NCBI GenBank assembly: GCA_944389945.1
Contig: CALXOF010000005.1
Span: forward strand, 29,215-93,214
DNA length: 64,000 bases
Source of the DNA: an uncultured Kiritimatiellota bacterium
Lineage (GTDB): Bacteria; Verrucomicrobiota; Kiritimatiellia; RFP12; DVOR01
Direction of reading: 5' to 3'
Shown: positions 35,504 through 45,050 of the stretch, in pieces
Numbering within the stretch: position 1 is the first letter of the stretch
Layout of the letters: every line of letters begins with the position of its first letter
Made by a program: the position numbers and the translations under genes
Notes under the pieces: generated by a model
Databases searched by the model: none
Told to the model about the DNA's origin: nothing
Seen by the model: the letters and a program-made list of their open reading frames with translations, nothing else

Positions 35504-36447
35504 TGGACGACCTGGCGCTTTCCACCTCTTACTTTGCGGGACGCCGCTTGGCGCCGGCCGCGATGGCCGCCGCGGTGCGCGGGTTCGGCCTGGGCCGCGT
35601 GGAGCTGGGCTATCTGACGCGCGAGACGGAGGTGGAGGCGTGGGAGGCCGCGATCGCCGCCGAGGGACTGACGGTGGGGAGCGTGCACGCCTTTTGCCCA
35701 GCGTCGGTGTCGGATCCCTTCCCGGGGCCGGAATCCTTCTCGCTGGCGGAGCCGGATGGCGCGCGGCGGGCGGCGGCGGTGCGGGCGACCTTTGCGACAC
35801 TGGACTGCGCAGTGCGCTTCGGCGCGCGAGCGGTGGTGATGCATGGGGGCCGCGTGGAACTGCGTCGGCCGCGTCTGCTCCTGGGGTCTGCGCCCTATCG
35901 GTCGCAACTCTCGGAGGCCTTCGCGGCACGGGGCGGTCGTCCGGATTTTGACCTGGTGGAACAGGAGCGGGCCTGGCGTGCGGAGGCCGCAGGGCGGTGG
36001 ATGGACGCACTTTCCTTTTCGTTGGATGCGGTTTTGCCGCATTTCGAGGAGGCGGGGGTGACCCTGGCCTTCGAAAATCTGCCGGGGCTTGAGGCCTTTC
36101 CCGATCCGGCGGAGCTGGACTTCCTGCGGCGCCGTTTCCCGAGTCCCTGCTTGGGGGCGTGGTATGACGTGGGGCATGGCGAGCGCAAGGCCCGCGTGGG
36201 CGATTGGCCACAGGCGGAGACTTTGGCGTTGGTGGGCGATTGCACTGTGGGCGCGCATTTGCACGATGTGTCGGGTCTGGAGGAGGACCATCGTGCGCCC
36301 GGCGAGGGCGGGGTGGACTGGGCGGCCTTGCGTCCGCTCTTGTCGCGACCGGGTTTGCTGCGGGTGTTGGAGCCGGCACCAGACGTGTCGGGGGAAGCCT
36401 TGCGGCGTGGGATCGACTTCTTGAAGGCCTTTTTCGGAGCGGTATAA
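35503..36447 (+). CDS. sugar phosphate isomerase/epimerase (xylose-isomerase-like TIM barrel) family protein
   Basis: Pattern of conserved E/H/D residues (LAFENLPG, YDVGH) and ~314 aa. 1-nt overlap with the HIT stop. Confidence 0.55.
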   Translation: MDDLALSTSYFAGRRLAPAAMAAAVRGFGLGRVELGYLTRETEVEAWEAAIAAEGLTVGSVHAFCPASVSDPFPGPESFSLAEPDGARRAAAVRATFATLDCAVRFGARAVVMHGGRVELRRPRLLLGSAPYRSQLSEAFAARGGRPDFDLVEQERAWRAEAAGRWMDALSFSLDAVLPHFEEAGVTLAFENLPGLEAFPDPAELDFLRRRFPSPCLGAWYDVGHGERKARVGDWPQAETLALVGDCTVGAHLHDVSGLEEDHRAPGEGGVDWAALRPLLSRPGLLRVLEPAPDVSGEALRRGIDFLKAFFGAV

Positions 36448-36448
36448 G

Positions 36449-38506
36449 ATGACCTTTTTCGCGGATTTGAGCATTGTCATTGTGGTGGCGGCGACGGTGG
36501 GGCTACTCTTCTCACGCTGGAACCTGCCGCTGACGGTGGGTTACATCCTGGCGGGCATGATTGTGGGCCCGAACCTTGGCGTCTCGTGGATTCATGAGAC
36601 GGCCAACATCCAGATGCTGTCGGACTTGGGTGTGATGTTCCTGATGTTCTCCATCGGCTTGGGCTTTAGTTTCCGTAAGGTGCGGCAACTGGGCGGGGCG
36701 GTGGTCTTCCCTGCGGTGTGGGATGTTGCCTTCATGGTCATCGGCGGCTTCTGCGTGGGGCAGATGTTAGGGTGGGGACCGCTGGAGAGTTTCCTGTTGG
36801 GCTTGATTCTCTGCGACAGCTCCACCTCCATCGCCGCCAAGACGCTGGACAGTCTGGGCTGGCTAGGCAAACGTTTTGCGGATAGCACCTTCGCCATCGC
36901 GTTGATTGAGGACGTGCTGGCCATCTTGCTCATCGCGGTGCTCAACGGTGTGGCCGGAGGTCTGGGCGGGGACGGCGGCGCAGGCGTGGCCTGGGGCGCG
37001 TTGATGTTGGACATCGGTAAGCAACTGGGTGTGTTGGCGCTCTTCCTGCTGGGCGTGACGGTGTTGGGTATCTTGTTGGCGCCGCGCCTGATGAACTACG
37101 TTACCGAGCGCTTTGGCGACGAGATTGTGCTGATGGCGGCGCTGGGCATTTGCTGTGGTGTGGCGTGCTTCGCGCAGAACGGGCTGGGCCTCTCGCTCGT
37201 GGTGGGGGCCTTCTTGGCCGGCGCCATCATCGCCGAAGCACGGAGCCGCCGGCGTATCGAGCGCGTGGTGCGGCCGGTGACTGACCTTTTTGCTGCGGTC
37301 TTCTTTGTCTCGGTGGGTCTGCAGGTGGAGCCGATGGTGCTCCTCGCCAACGCTCATGTCATCATTTTCATCACGCTGGCGATGATTGTGCTCAAGCTGG
37401 TGAACAATACGTTGGCCTGTCTCTTGGTGGGCGAGACGCCGCGCGACGCCTTCAAGGTGGGTCTGGGCATGGGCCAGGTGGCGGAGTTTTCCTTCATCAT
37501 CGCGGGTATCGCCATGGCCGGCGGTATGAGCGAACGGCCGCTCTACCAAATCGCCATTGGCGTGGCGCTCCTCTGCACGGCCACGAACCCCTATCTGTTG
37601 CGTGCTTCCGACACCCTTTACGCCAAGCTGAGTCGGGCCTTCCCCGTCCGCATGCATGACCTGCTCCATTGGTATCGGCGCTGGTTGACCAACCTTGCCG
37701 CGCGTCCCTCCGAGGGCGGGCAGTCCCTCCTGGCGCACCTGCGCGGCCATGTGGTGATTCTGGGGTTGCAACTGGCGATGATTTTGATTGTCTTTGCGGT
37801 TGTTTATCTTGTTGCTACCATCCCCACGGTCAATGGCTTCCTGAGGGAACTTGATGGGCTGGTGCCGCACCTGCCGTTGGGCGGGTTGGCCTGTGCGGCG
37901 GCGGCGCTTCTGGTCTGCTCCCCCGGTATCTGGGCCGCCGGGCATACGTGGAGCGAGATTGCCCGCCATGCCGCTGATGAGCCCTTTAAGGGCGAGGTTT
38001 ATGGTCTGCACGGCGTGCGCAAGTTCATCAAGACCACGCTCAAGGTGGCCGGCTGGATGTTCCTGGCTATCTATCTGGCGTCCCTCTGCGGCGGTTTCGT
38101 CCGCACGGCTTGGGTGTTGGTGCCGCTCATCGTGGGTGTCGGCCTCTACATCATTCGTTTCGGCGGACGTTTCCGTGAGCAGTACCGCACCTCGCACGAG
38201 ACGCTGAAAGAGGCCTTTGACGTGAACGCCCTCCCGCCCGAAGACCCCATCTCCATGATCTCCCTGGCCGTCCACACCGAGACCGTCACCATTCCTCCGG
38301 GCGCCGTGTGCGCCGGGCAGACCCTCGGTGGACTGGACCTGCGCAAGCGTACCGGCGCCGCCGTCATCTCCATTACCTCCCGCCGCTCCGGCCTCAACGT
38401 CTCCCCCGGGCGCGACACCATCCTGAACGTGGGGGACGTCCTTATCGTCGTCGGCGCAGACCCCGAAATCGAGCGCGCCTTAGTCCTCCTCACCCAACGC
38501 GTCTGA
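36449..38506 (+). CDS. monovalent cation:proton antiporter (CPA2/Kef-type) with C-terminal TrkA-C (RCK_C) domain
   Basis: 12-13 TM helices with an N-terminal region typical of KefB/CPA2. C-terminal GQTLGGLDLRKRTGAAVISI..GDVLIVVG RCK_C motif. Confidence 0.8.
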   Translation: MTFFADLSIVIVVAATVGLLFSRWNLPLTVGYILAGMIVGPNLGVSWIHETANIQMLSDLGVMFLMFSIGLGFSFRKVRQLGGAVVFPAVWDVAFMVIGGFCVGQMLGWGPLESFLLGLILCDSSTSIAAKTLDSLGWLGKRFADSTFAIALIEDVLAILLIAVLNGVAGGLGGDGGAGVAWGALMLDIGKQLGVLALFLLGVTVLGILLAPRLMNYVTERFGDEIVLMAALGICCGVACFAQNGLGLSLVVGAFLAGAIIAEARSRRRIERVVRPVTDLFAAVFFVSVGLQVEPMVLLANAHVIIFITLAMIVLKLVNNTLACLLVGETPRDAFKVGLGMGQVAEFSFIIAGIAMAGGMSERPLYQIAIGVALLCTATNPYLLRASDTLYAKLSRAFPVRMHDLLHWYRRWLTNLAARPSEGGQSLLAHLRGHVVILGLQLAMILIVFAVVYLVATIPTVNGFLRELDGLVPHLPLGGLACAAAALLVCSPGIWAAGHTWSEIARHAADEPFKGEVYGLHGVRKFIKTTLKVAGWMFLAIYLASLCGGFVRTAWVLVPLIVGVGLYIIRFGGRFREQYRTSHETLKEAFDVNALPPEDPISMISLAVHTETVTIPPGAVCAGQTLGGLDLRKRTGAAVISITSRRSGLNVSPGRDTILNVGDVLIVVGADPEIERALVLLTQRV

Positions 38507-38516
38507 AAGGAACTTC

Positions 38517-39947
38517 ATGAACTACGTCTCCACCCGTGGCCGCGCGCCCGCCGTCGATTCTGCCCACGCACTCCTCGCCGGCCTCGCACCTGACGGCGGC
38601 CTCTATGTTCCCGCAGAGCCGCTCACCCCCCTCGCGCCCGCCGACACTTTCGCCGGCACCATGGAGGCCCTCCTTGCGCGTTTCTTCCCTGAGCTTCCCG
38701 CCGAGGCCCGTACCCGCGCCGTTGCCGACTCCCTCGCTCGCTTTGAAGACCCCGCCAATCCAGTGCCTCTGCGTGACTGCGGCGACGTCGCCTTCCTGGA
38801 GCTCTTCCACGGCCCTACCTTGGCCTTTAAGGATGTCGCCCTCACCCTGTTGCCTCACCTGTTGGCCGCCGCCGCGCGCGCCGAGGGCCTGGAGCGCGTC
38901 TGCGTCCTCACCGCCACCAGCGGCGACACCGGCAGTGCGGCCATGAACGGTTTCGCGGGTGTCCCCGGAGCCTCTCTCGTTGCCTTCTATCCCGCCTCCG
39001 GCATCTCCGAGATCCAGCGCCGCCAGATGGTCTGCTGCCCCGGCGGCAACGTCTCCGCCTGCGCCATCCGCGGTAACTTCGACGATGCGCAGACGGCGGT
39101 CAAGGCCGCCTTCGCCGACCCCGCCCTCAACGCCGCCGCCCAAGCCGCCGGCGCTCGCCTCTCCTCGGCCAACTCCATCAACATCGGCCGCCTCTTCCCG
39201 CAGGTCGCCTACTACCTTGACACCGCGCGCAAGCTCGCCCGCCCCTTCGACGTTATCGTTCCCACTGGCAACTTCGGCGACATCCTCGCGGCGTGGTACG
39301 CCCGCCTCCTCGGCGCCCCCATCGGCCGCCTTGCTGTCGCCTCCAACCAGAACCGTGTGGTCTGCGACTTCATCCGCACCGGCCGCTACGACGCCCGCCG
39401 CGACTTCGCCGTCACCAACTCCCCCTCCATGGACATCCTGCTCTCCTCCAACATCGAGCGCCTCCTCTGGCTCCTCAACAAGGGCAACGATGTCGAGCTC
39501 CGCACCTGGATGGCCCAACTCAAGGCCGAGGGGTGGTACCAAATCGAAGGCTATCCCCTCCACGACCTCCAAACCTCCTTCGCCGCCGGCTGGGCCGACC
39601 CCGCCGAGACCGAGGCCGCCATCGCCGATGCCTGGGAACGCTTCCACTACCTCCTCGACCCCCACACCGCCATCGGTTGGAAGGTCGCCCGCGAGCTGCC
39701 CCCCACCGGCCGCCCCGCCGTCATCGCCGCCACCGCCAGCCCCTGGAAGTTCCCCATCACCGTTCTGCGCGCCATCACCGGCGAGGCCCCCGCCGACGAC
39801 TTCGCCGCCGCCGACGCCCTTGCCAAACTCACCGGCCAGGAACCCGCCCCCCTCGTCGCCAAACTCCGCGACGCCCCTATTCTTCACCAAGACATCACCG
39901 ACCCCACCGACCTCTCCTCCGCCGTCCGCCGCGCCTTCTCTTTCTGA
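38517..39947 (+). CDS. thrC: threonine synthase (long form)
   Basis: MNYVSTRG N-terminus. PLP-lysine motif FHGPTLAFKD. ~476 aa. Confidence 0.88.
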   Translation: MNYVSTRGRAPAVDSAHALLAGLAPDGGLYVPAEPLTPLAPADTFAGTMEALLARFFPELPAEARTRAVADSLARFEDPANPVPLRDCGDVAFLELFHGPTLAFKDVALTLLPHLLAAAARAEGLERVCVLTATSGDTGSAAMNGFAGVPGASLVAFYPASGISEIQRRQMVCCPGGNVSACAIRGNFDDAQTAVKAAFADPALNAAAQAAGARLSSANSINIGRLFPQVAYYLDTARKLARPFDVIVPTGNFGDILAAWYARLLGAPIGRLAVASNQNRVVCDFIRTGRYDARRDFAVTNSPSMDILLSSNIERLLWLLNKGNDVELRTWMAQLKAEGWYQIEGYPLHDLQTSFAAGWADPAETEAAIADAWERFHYLLDPHTAIGWKVARELPPTGRPAVIAATASPWKFPITVLRAITGEAPADDFAAADALAKLTGQEPAPLVAKLRDAPILHQDITDPTDLSSAVRRAFSF

Positions 39948-39987
39948 GGACGCTAGGCGCGAAAGAGCTTGATCTGAGATCATCGTC

Positions 39988-41256
39988 ATGAAAGCAGACG
40001 TTTCACAAGTGGATGCCCCCCCCCGTACAGACGGACTGGCCCCGCTTCGCCTGGGTATCCTGACCTTCCACTCCCAGCTCAACTACGGCGGCGTCCTCCA
40101 AGCCTTCGCGTTGCAGGAAGCTTTGCGCGAAATGGGCGAAGATGCCATTGTAGTGGACAAATGGTTGGATTCTCAGAATTGGTTTCTGCTCGGACAACTG
40201 TGTAACTTGACGCCCATAACCTGCCTGAAAATGGCAATGGCGGAGCTGATGGGATGTGACAAGATTGCAGAACTGAAGCGACGCAAGCGAACAGTGGCGT
40301 TTCTGCGGGAACACTTCCGCCTGTCGCCTTACCATTTCTGTGCGTGGGAAGAGTTGCGCAACAAAGAGTTGAGATTGGATTGTTTGGTGGTGGGAAGCGA
40401 CCAAGTCTGGCGTTGCGAATGGCGTGAGGACCCGCGCACCTTCCTACTTGAGGGTGCCCCATCGATCAAGGCAATCAGTTACGCGGCAAGCTTCGGGATG
40501 ACGGAAATCCCGAAGAAATGGCATGAAATCTATCGTGCTGGATTTGCGCGCTTTTCGGCCATCAGTGTGCGCGAGCGCAGTGGGGTCGGTATGGTGCGGA
40601 CGTTGGGGTTTGAGGCCACGGAGGTGCTCGACCCCACGCAGTTGGTCCCGGCGTCGCAATGGCGGGCTTTGATCCCTCCGCATCGCCGTCCGCGCAAGCC
40701 GGTGTTGGCGTGCTACTTTGTGAATGTCGATCTCTTTGAGGTATGGGACAACTTGGAAGCCTTCGCCAGAAAGATGGGATGCGAAGTACACGTGTTGTTC
40801 AGCTTCCATCCCTTTGACGTGCCGCGGTCTCGACGGGAGGCCTTTGCCCACTTGCGACACACTTTGCGGCGCGTGGGCTCTCTGGTGCGGTTGCATTGCG
40901 GTGACGGCCCGGTTGAGTTCCTGGAGGCCATCGATGGCGCAGAATGGGTGCTAGGGGATTCCTTTCACGGACTCATGTTTGCCTCCCTCTTCGGCAAGAA
41001 TATACGACTCCTTCCGCCCCCGGGGCAACGAGGAGATAGTCGGGAAGGCATCTTTGCCCGCATTTTGGATTTCGCCGATGCTTATGCAAAGGGGCCGCTT
41101 GTCGCGGAGAGCGTGGCGGAGGCGCTGGCATCGTTTGAGCGTGGCGAACGGGTGACCTTTGATGAGGTGGCCTTGGAGGCCGACCGCGAACGTTCCCGCG
41201 CCTGGTTGCGGCAAGCCCTCGACGGCGTACGACGGGAGATTGCTGAGTCGCGCTGA
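39988..41256 (+). CDS. polysaccharide pyruvyl transferase family protein
   Basis: N-terminal LGILTFHSQLNYGGVLQAFAL is typical of PF04230-type pyruvyl transferases; GC ~57%. Confidence 0.65.
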   Translation: MKADVSQVDAPPRTDGLAPLRLGILTFHSQLNYGGVLQAFALQEALREMGEDAIVVDKWLDSQNWFLLGQLCNLTPITCLKMAMAELMGCDKIAELKRRKRTVAFLREHFRLSPYHFCAWEELRNKELRLDCLVVGSDQVWRCEWREDPRTFLLEGAPSIKAISYAASFGMTEIPKKWHEIYRAGFARFSAISVRERSGVGMVRTLGFEATEVLDPTQLVPASQWRALIPPHRRPRKPVLACYFVNVDLFEVWDNLEAFARKMGCEVHVLFSFHPFDVPRSRREAFAHLRHTLRRVGSLVRLHCGDGPVEFLEAIDGAEWVLGDSFHGLMFASLFGKNIRLLPPPGQRGDSREGIFARILDFADAYAKGPLVAESVAEALASFERGERVTFDEVALEADRERSRAWLRQALDGVRREIAESR

Positions 41257-41299
41257 TTTCTTGTTGCCTGAAACATACATCAGGCGCCCGGAGGGGCGT

Positions 41300-41480
41300 C
41301 TTTTTCTTTTTAAGGATGTTTCAAGAAAACGCAGAAACGCAAGGGATGGGCACGGTAGGGAGGAGCAATGCGCCGAATGGTGAAGTGCGGAGTCGGAGGC
41401 TTGGAAGTTTGGCGGTAATCTACCCGCCGCCCGTGAGGGCGTTCCGTTCTCTGTTCACTGTTCTCCGGGGCGCGCTAGCG
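41300..41480. repeat. intergenic mosaic (GAAACGCAAGGGATGGGCACGGTAGGGAGG module, Family-B, CCGTTCTCTGTTCACTGTTCTCC with ggggcgcgctagcgcccc hairpin)
   Basis: The module is also at 51420, 52625 and 62470. Confidence 0.8.
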
Positions 41481-41484
41481 CCCC

Positions 41485-41943
41485 TTAGAAGACCCAGAAC
41501 TTGGCGATGAAGAAGTTGAGGGCGATTTCGACGAGGGTGACGATGAGGTTGATAATCTCGGGCCACCAACCGTAGTCGGATTTGACGCGCTCTTTGTCAC
41601 GGAGGTCCCAGCGGAGCCACTTGTCGATAAGCCACCACATGACCACCACCGTGAGGGCGGCGGTGACGATACGGCTGGAGTACATCTTCCAGGCCGACTC
41701 CCAGAAACCGGACTCGGTGCCTGCGAAAGCGAGCCAGCGCATGAGCAGGAAGGCCACCGTAGCCGCGGCGAACCAGGAGATGATTTTACTGGGGACGTTG
41801 CCGAGTCCGCCCTTCCGGAAGAGCACGGAGTAGCCCACGAAGCTGACCACAGTGGAGCAGACTCCGGCGAAAAGATACCAGAAGAGCTGCCAAAAAAGCA
41901 CTGGGTCCATGAAGATGGAAATCAGTTCGTTGAGCGTGTCCAT
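41485..41943 (-). CDS. GtrA-family membrane protein
   Basis: 152 aa with 4 TM helices; GtrA-like pattern (..FxxVGxxxTxxxxxLLF...; C-terminal FxxxKFWVF). Confidence 0.7.
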   Translation of the reverse strand: MDTLNELISIFMDPVLFWQLFWYLFAGVCSTVVSFVGYSVLFRKGGLGNVPSKIISWFAAATVAFLLMRWLAFAGTESGFWESAWKMYSSRIVTAALTVVVMWWLIDKWLRWDLRDKERVKSDYGWWPEIINLIVTLVEIALNFFIAKFWVF

Positions 41944-41944
41944 G

Positions 41945-42070
41945 GGGCGTCCGGAAGTTTGGAGGTTTAGAGGCTTGGAGGCTTGGTGCGCCCTAATGGG
42001 CGCCTAAGAAGTCCGCGCCCCGCGTGGCAGGGCCAAACTTCCAAACCTCCAAGCTCCCAAGCTTCCCGTC
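41945..42070. repeat. Family-B arrays (GGAAGTTTGGAGGTTTAGAGGCTTGGAGGCTTGG / CCAAACTTCCAAACCTCCAAGCTCCCAAGCTTCC) flanking gcgccctaatgggcgc palindrome
   Basis: Inverted pair of Family-B arrays. Confidence 0.8.
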
Positions 42071-42078
42071 AGCCGCGG

Positions 42079-43275
42079 TCAATCGCGGCTGACGAGGTTG
42101 AGCGGGCCGTCCTTGAGGAGCTCGCGGCAGAGCTGCCAGCACTCGTACTGCATGCGCGGCACGTGGAAGCAACCCTTGAAGAGGTTACCCTTGATGTCGG
42201 AGCAGACGCGGCCGTCGCGGGAGAGGTAGCCGAACCAGTCGCCGTACTCCTTGTCGGGGAAGTGGGCGTGGGTCCAGTCGTGGGCGAGGGTGTGCCACTT
42301 GGCGTACTTCTCGGAGCCGGTGAGCTGGTAGGCCAGGAGAGTGGCGATGCAGACCTCGTTGTGGGGCCACCAGAACTTCATGTCCTGCCAATACTCGCTG
42401 ACGGGGTGGTTGTAGACGTCGCGGTAGTAGAGGATGCCGCCATATTCCTTGTCCCAGCCGCGCTCCCAAGACCAGTCGAGCATGTCCAGGCCGATGTTGA
42501 TGTAGTCCAGGCGGCCGCGGCGCTTGCCTTCCTTCATGATGAACCAGGCGCCCTCGATGGCGTGGCCGGGGTTGAGGGTGCGCTCGTCGATGTGGTCGAT
42601 GATCTGGCCCTCGGGCGAGACGGTCTCCATCACGCAGCGGATCTCAGGCTTGAGGTGATACTTCACGATGTCGGCGATGGCCTGGTCGATGCGCGCCTCG
42701 GCCTCTTCGTAACCGATGCTGTCGCGGAGACGCTGGCAGGTGGAGATGTTGATCATGGGGTGGCCCAGGCCGCGGGTCGGGCGCACGCCGGTGAACTTGG
42801 GCGGCGTGTCGACGTGGTCGCCGTAGAGCTTGTAGGTCTTGCGGGCCAGGTCGGCATACTCCTCGGAGCCGGTGAGCTTGGCATACTCGCCGTAGGCAAT
42901 GCAGGCGAAGCTCTCGGAGAAGGCGTAGCGGCGCTTGCGGATGGGGTCGCCGCGGCGCGTCATGTGGAAGTACATACGGCCATCGGCGGGGTCGTAGCAA
43001 TACTTGCGGAGGAACTCCAGTGTGCCCTTGACGGCGGCCTCCCAGTCGGGGCGGCGCTCGACGTGGTTGCAGAGGAAGCCGAGCATCCACGCGAAACGGC
43101 CCTGCTGCCAGACGCCCTTGTCGTCATCGATGCGGTCACCCTTGCGGTCGACGCCGGTCATGATTCCGCCGTATTCCTTGTCCCACCCGTGCTCCATCCA
43201 GAAGGGCACGGTGTCGCACAGCAGGCCGTCGTGGTAGACGGCCTCGAGCTTCTGTAGGCGTTCAGTGCTGAGCAT
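42079..43275 (-). CDS. N-acylglucosamine 2-epimerase (AGE/RENBP family)
   Basis: 398 aa with (alpha/alpha)6-barrel AGE motifs (WMEHGWDKEYGG, WDKEYGGILYY). Confidence 0.85.
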   Translation of the reverse strand: MLSTERLQKLEAVYHDGLLCDTVPFWMEHGWDKEYGGIMTGVDRKGDRIDDDKGVWQQGRFAWMLGFLCNHVERRPDWEAAVKGTLEFLRKYCYDPADGRMYFHMTRRGDPIRKRRYAFSESFACIAYGEYAKLTGSEEYADLARKTYKLYGDHVDTPPKFTGVRPTRGLGHPMINISTCQRLRDSIGYEEAEARIDQAIADIVKYHLKPEIRCVMETVSPEGQIIDHIDERTLNPGHAIEGAWFIMKEGKRRGRLDYINIGLDMLDWSWERGWDKEYGGILYYRDVYNHPVSEYWQDMKFWWPHNEVCIATLLAYQLTGSEKYAKWHTLAHDWTHAHFPDKEYGDWFGYLSRDGRVCSDIKGNLFKGCFHVPRMQYECWQLCRELLKDGPLNLVSRD

Positions 43276-43285
43276 GGCAGTCTCC

Positions 43286-44176
43286 TTACTCGGCGAGGAT
43301 GGCGGCGACGGTGTCGGCGCACTCCTTGCGCTGTTCGGGCGTGAGGTTCGTGAGGGGCGGACGCACGGTCGGCATGTCCAGGCCGTGGATGGCCATCATG
43401 GCCTTGCCGGCCACCACGCCGCCATACTTCACCAGCAGGTCGACGATGCGGCAGACCTTGCCCATGCCGCGGTCGATGGCCGCCTGGTCACCCTTGCGAT
43501 AGGCCTCCCAGATGCCATAGTAGAGCGGCGCGGCGTAGTTGTAGGTCGAACCGATGGCGGACTTCGCGCCCAGGGCCAACGCGCCGGCGAACCACTCGTC
43601 GATGCCCCAGGTGATGTCATACTTCCCGCCGCACGCGCGCAGGCAGCGCTGGAACATATAGAGGTCGGGATAGTTGAACTTGATGCCCGCGAGCTGCGGA
43701 ATCTTGCCGTCGGCCTTGATGAGGAACTGCTCCATGTCGAAGTTCACGCCGCTCATCGAGGTGTGGTAATAATAGAAAGGCAGGTTCGGCGCGGCCACGA
43801 GCACCGCGTTGATGTAGTCGATCAGCGCGTCGATGGAGCCGGGACGGAAGAAATTCGGCGGCACAATCGAGGTCGCGCTCACGCCCACTTCCTGCGCATA
43901 GGCCGCCAACTCACGCGCGTCGGCGATGGAAAGCGCGCCCACGTGCGCGATGAGGAAGAGCCGCCCCTGCGCGGCATCCACCCACGCCTTCATCACCTGC
44001 TTACGCTCCTCCACCGAGCAGCAAATGCCTTCGCCCGTGGTGCCGCAGATGTAGGCGCCGATGACCTTCTGCTTCAACAGCGTGTCGACCTGCTTGGGGA
44101 TGAGGTCCAGATTCACGGAACCGTCCGCGTTGAAAGGGGTGTGCGGCGCGGCGATCAAACCTTCGAGTTTCTTCAT
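43286..44176 (-). CDS. nanA: N-acetylneuraminate lyase (DHDPS/NAL family)
   Basis: GAYICGTTGEG and Schiff-base region ..IKFNYPD.. fit NAL. Operonic with AGE (10-nt gap) as in the Bacteroides nanL-nanE arrangement. Confidence 0.8.
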   Translation of the reverse strand: MKKLEGLIAAPHTPFNADGSVNLDLIPKQVDTLLKQKVIGAYICGTTGEGICCSVEERKQVMKAWVDAAQGRLFLIAHVGALSIADARELAAYAQEVGVSATSIVPPNFFRPGSIDALIDYINAVLVAAPNLPFYYYHTSMSGVNFDMEQFLIKADGKIPQLAGIKFNYPDLYMFQRCLRACGGKYDITWGIDEWFAGALALGAKSAIGSTYNYAAPLYYGIWEAYRKGDQAAIDRGMGKVCRIVDLLVKYGGVVAGKAMMAIHGLDMPTVRPPLTNLTPEQRKECADTVAAILAE

Positions 44177-44320
44177 GGTGCGTTCCTCGTTGGGGGGTTG
44201 TCCATTACTTCTTTATTGTACCCCTATTCGCCCTTCCCGCGCAAGTGGGGGGTGAAGCGGTACAGTCCGGAGAAAGTTTTCCGCGAAGGTGTTTGTCCTC
44301 GTCGACCTTGCAGGGCCTCA

Positions 44321-44535
44321 AACTACACCTTATATAAATAAGGCTGTCGTGAGACCGGTTCCCAACGGTCAATCATTTGATACAAACACATACATTCAGT
44401 TGTCAAAGATCAGGCGTGGTTGCTTCATGACTGCTCCACGTACCTTTGCCAAAGACCTGTCATTTGCCTCCTCTAAATCAACATCAACCACACGCCCTAT
44501 AGCAAGATATGTCATTTTCAAGACCTGTCATTTGG
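44321..44535 (-). promoter_or_regulatory. ~215-bp conserved leader element, copy B (co-oriented with nanA; mini-ORF at 44396..44428)
   Basis: The reverse complement aligns with 28129..28343 (~85% identity). The 33-nt mini-ORF is 100% identical. Confidence 0.7.
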
Positions 44536-44900
44536 TAGAAGGTTGGAAGTTTAGAGGCTTGGAGGCTTGGCCTTTGCGGCTGTCGCCGCTTTGCACAACG
44601 GCTTCGCCTGTCGCCCGCAGGGGCGTTCCGTTCTCCGTGGCCGTGGGAGGTTTGTCCCTTCGGGCCTGCACGCTCTGTTCCCCGTTCTCTGGGGCGCGCC
44701 AGCGCCCCCATTTCCCCAAAGCGTGGCGTGCGAAGCCCGCCATGCTCCTACAGGCCCCCGGGCCGGACGTGCGCCTTGCGCGCACGCACGGCCCGCCCCC
44801 TGCGCCGCCTTCTTTGTGTCTCTTTGTGGTTCTTCGTGTTCTTTGTGAGTGCCGCGCAGCGTGAGGCCTGTCCAAACTTCCAAGCCTCCAAGCTTCCATT
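44536..44900. repeat. intergenic mosaic (Family-B, GCCGTGGGAGGTTTGTCCCTTCGGGCCTGCACG module, Family-A, CTTTGTG array, Family-B)
   Basis: Recurring modules. Confidence 0.8.
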
Positions 44901-44984
44901 TAAAATATGCGATAGCGTGGAAATCCCAAGGGCGGCGCGACCAAAGGGAGCGATGGAGCCCGCAGGGTTTCCACGCCAGACCGT

Positions 44985-45041
44985 CTTTGCGGAAAAACTT
45001 CCCCGGACGAGGTGCACGCGGAGGTAAGATTTTGGTATGAT
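44985..45041 (+). promoter_or_regulatory. tolB upstream region: CTTTGCGGAAAAACTTCCCCGGAC motif (44985..45008) plus extended -10 TGGTATGAT (45033..45041) immediately before ATTATAGGGATATG
   Basis: Same two-part architecture as at 8710..8772 and 34993..35093. Confidence 0.5.
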
Positions 45042-45050
45042 TATAGGGAT

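Noticed and set aside
44289-44864. ORFs 44289..44864 (+) and 28142..28402 (-) sharing a TPYINK..RPV..GQSFDTNT.IQLSKIRRGCFM peptide
   Set aside because: The similarity arises from the same ~215-bp nucleotide element read antisense in both places. Conservation is at the DNA level and stops at the element boundary. Only the 10-codon sense mini-ORF is strictly conserved.
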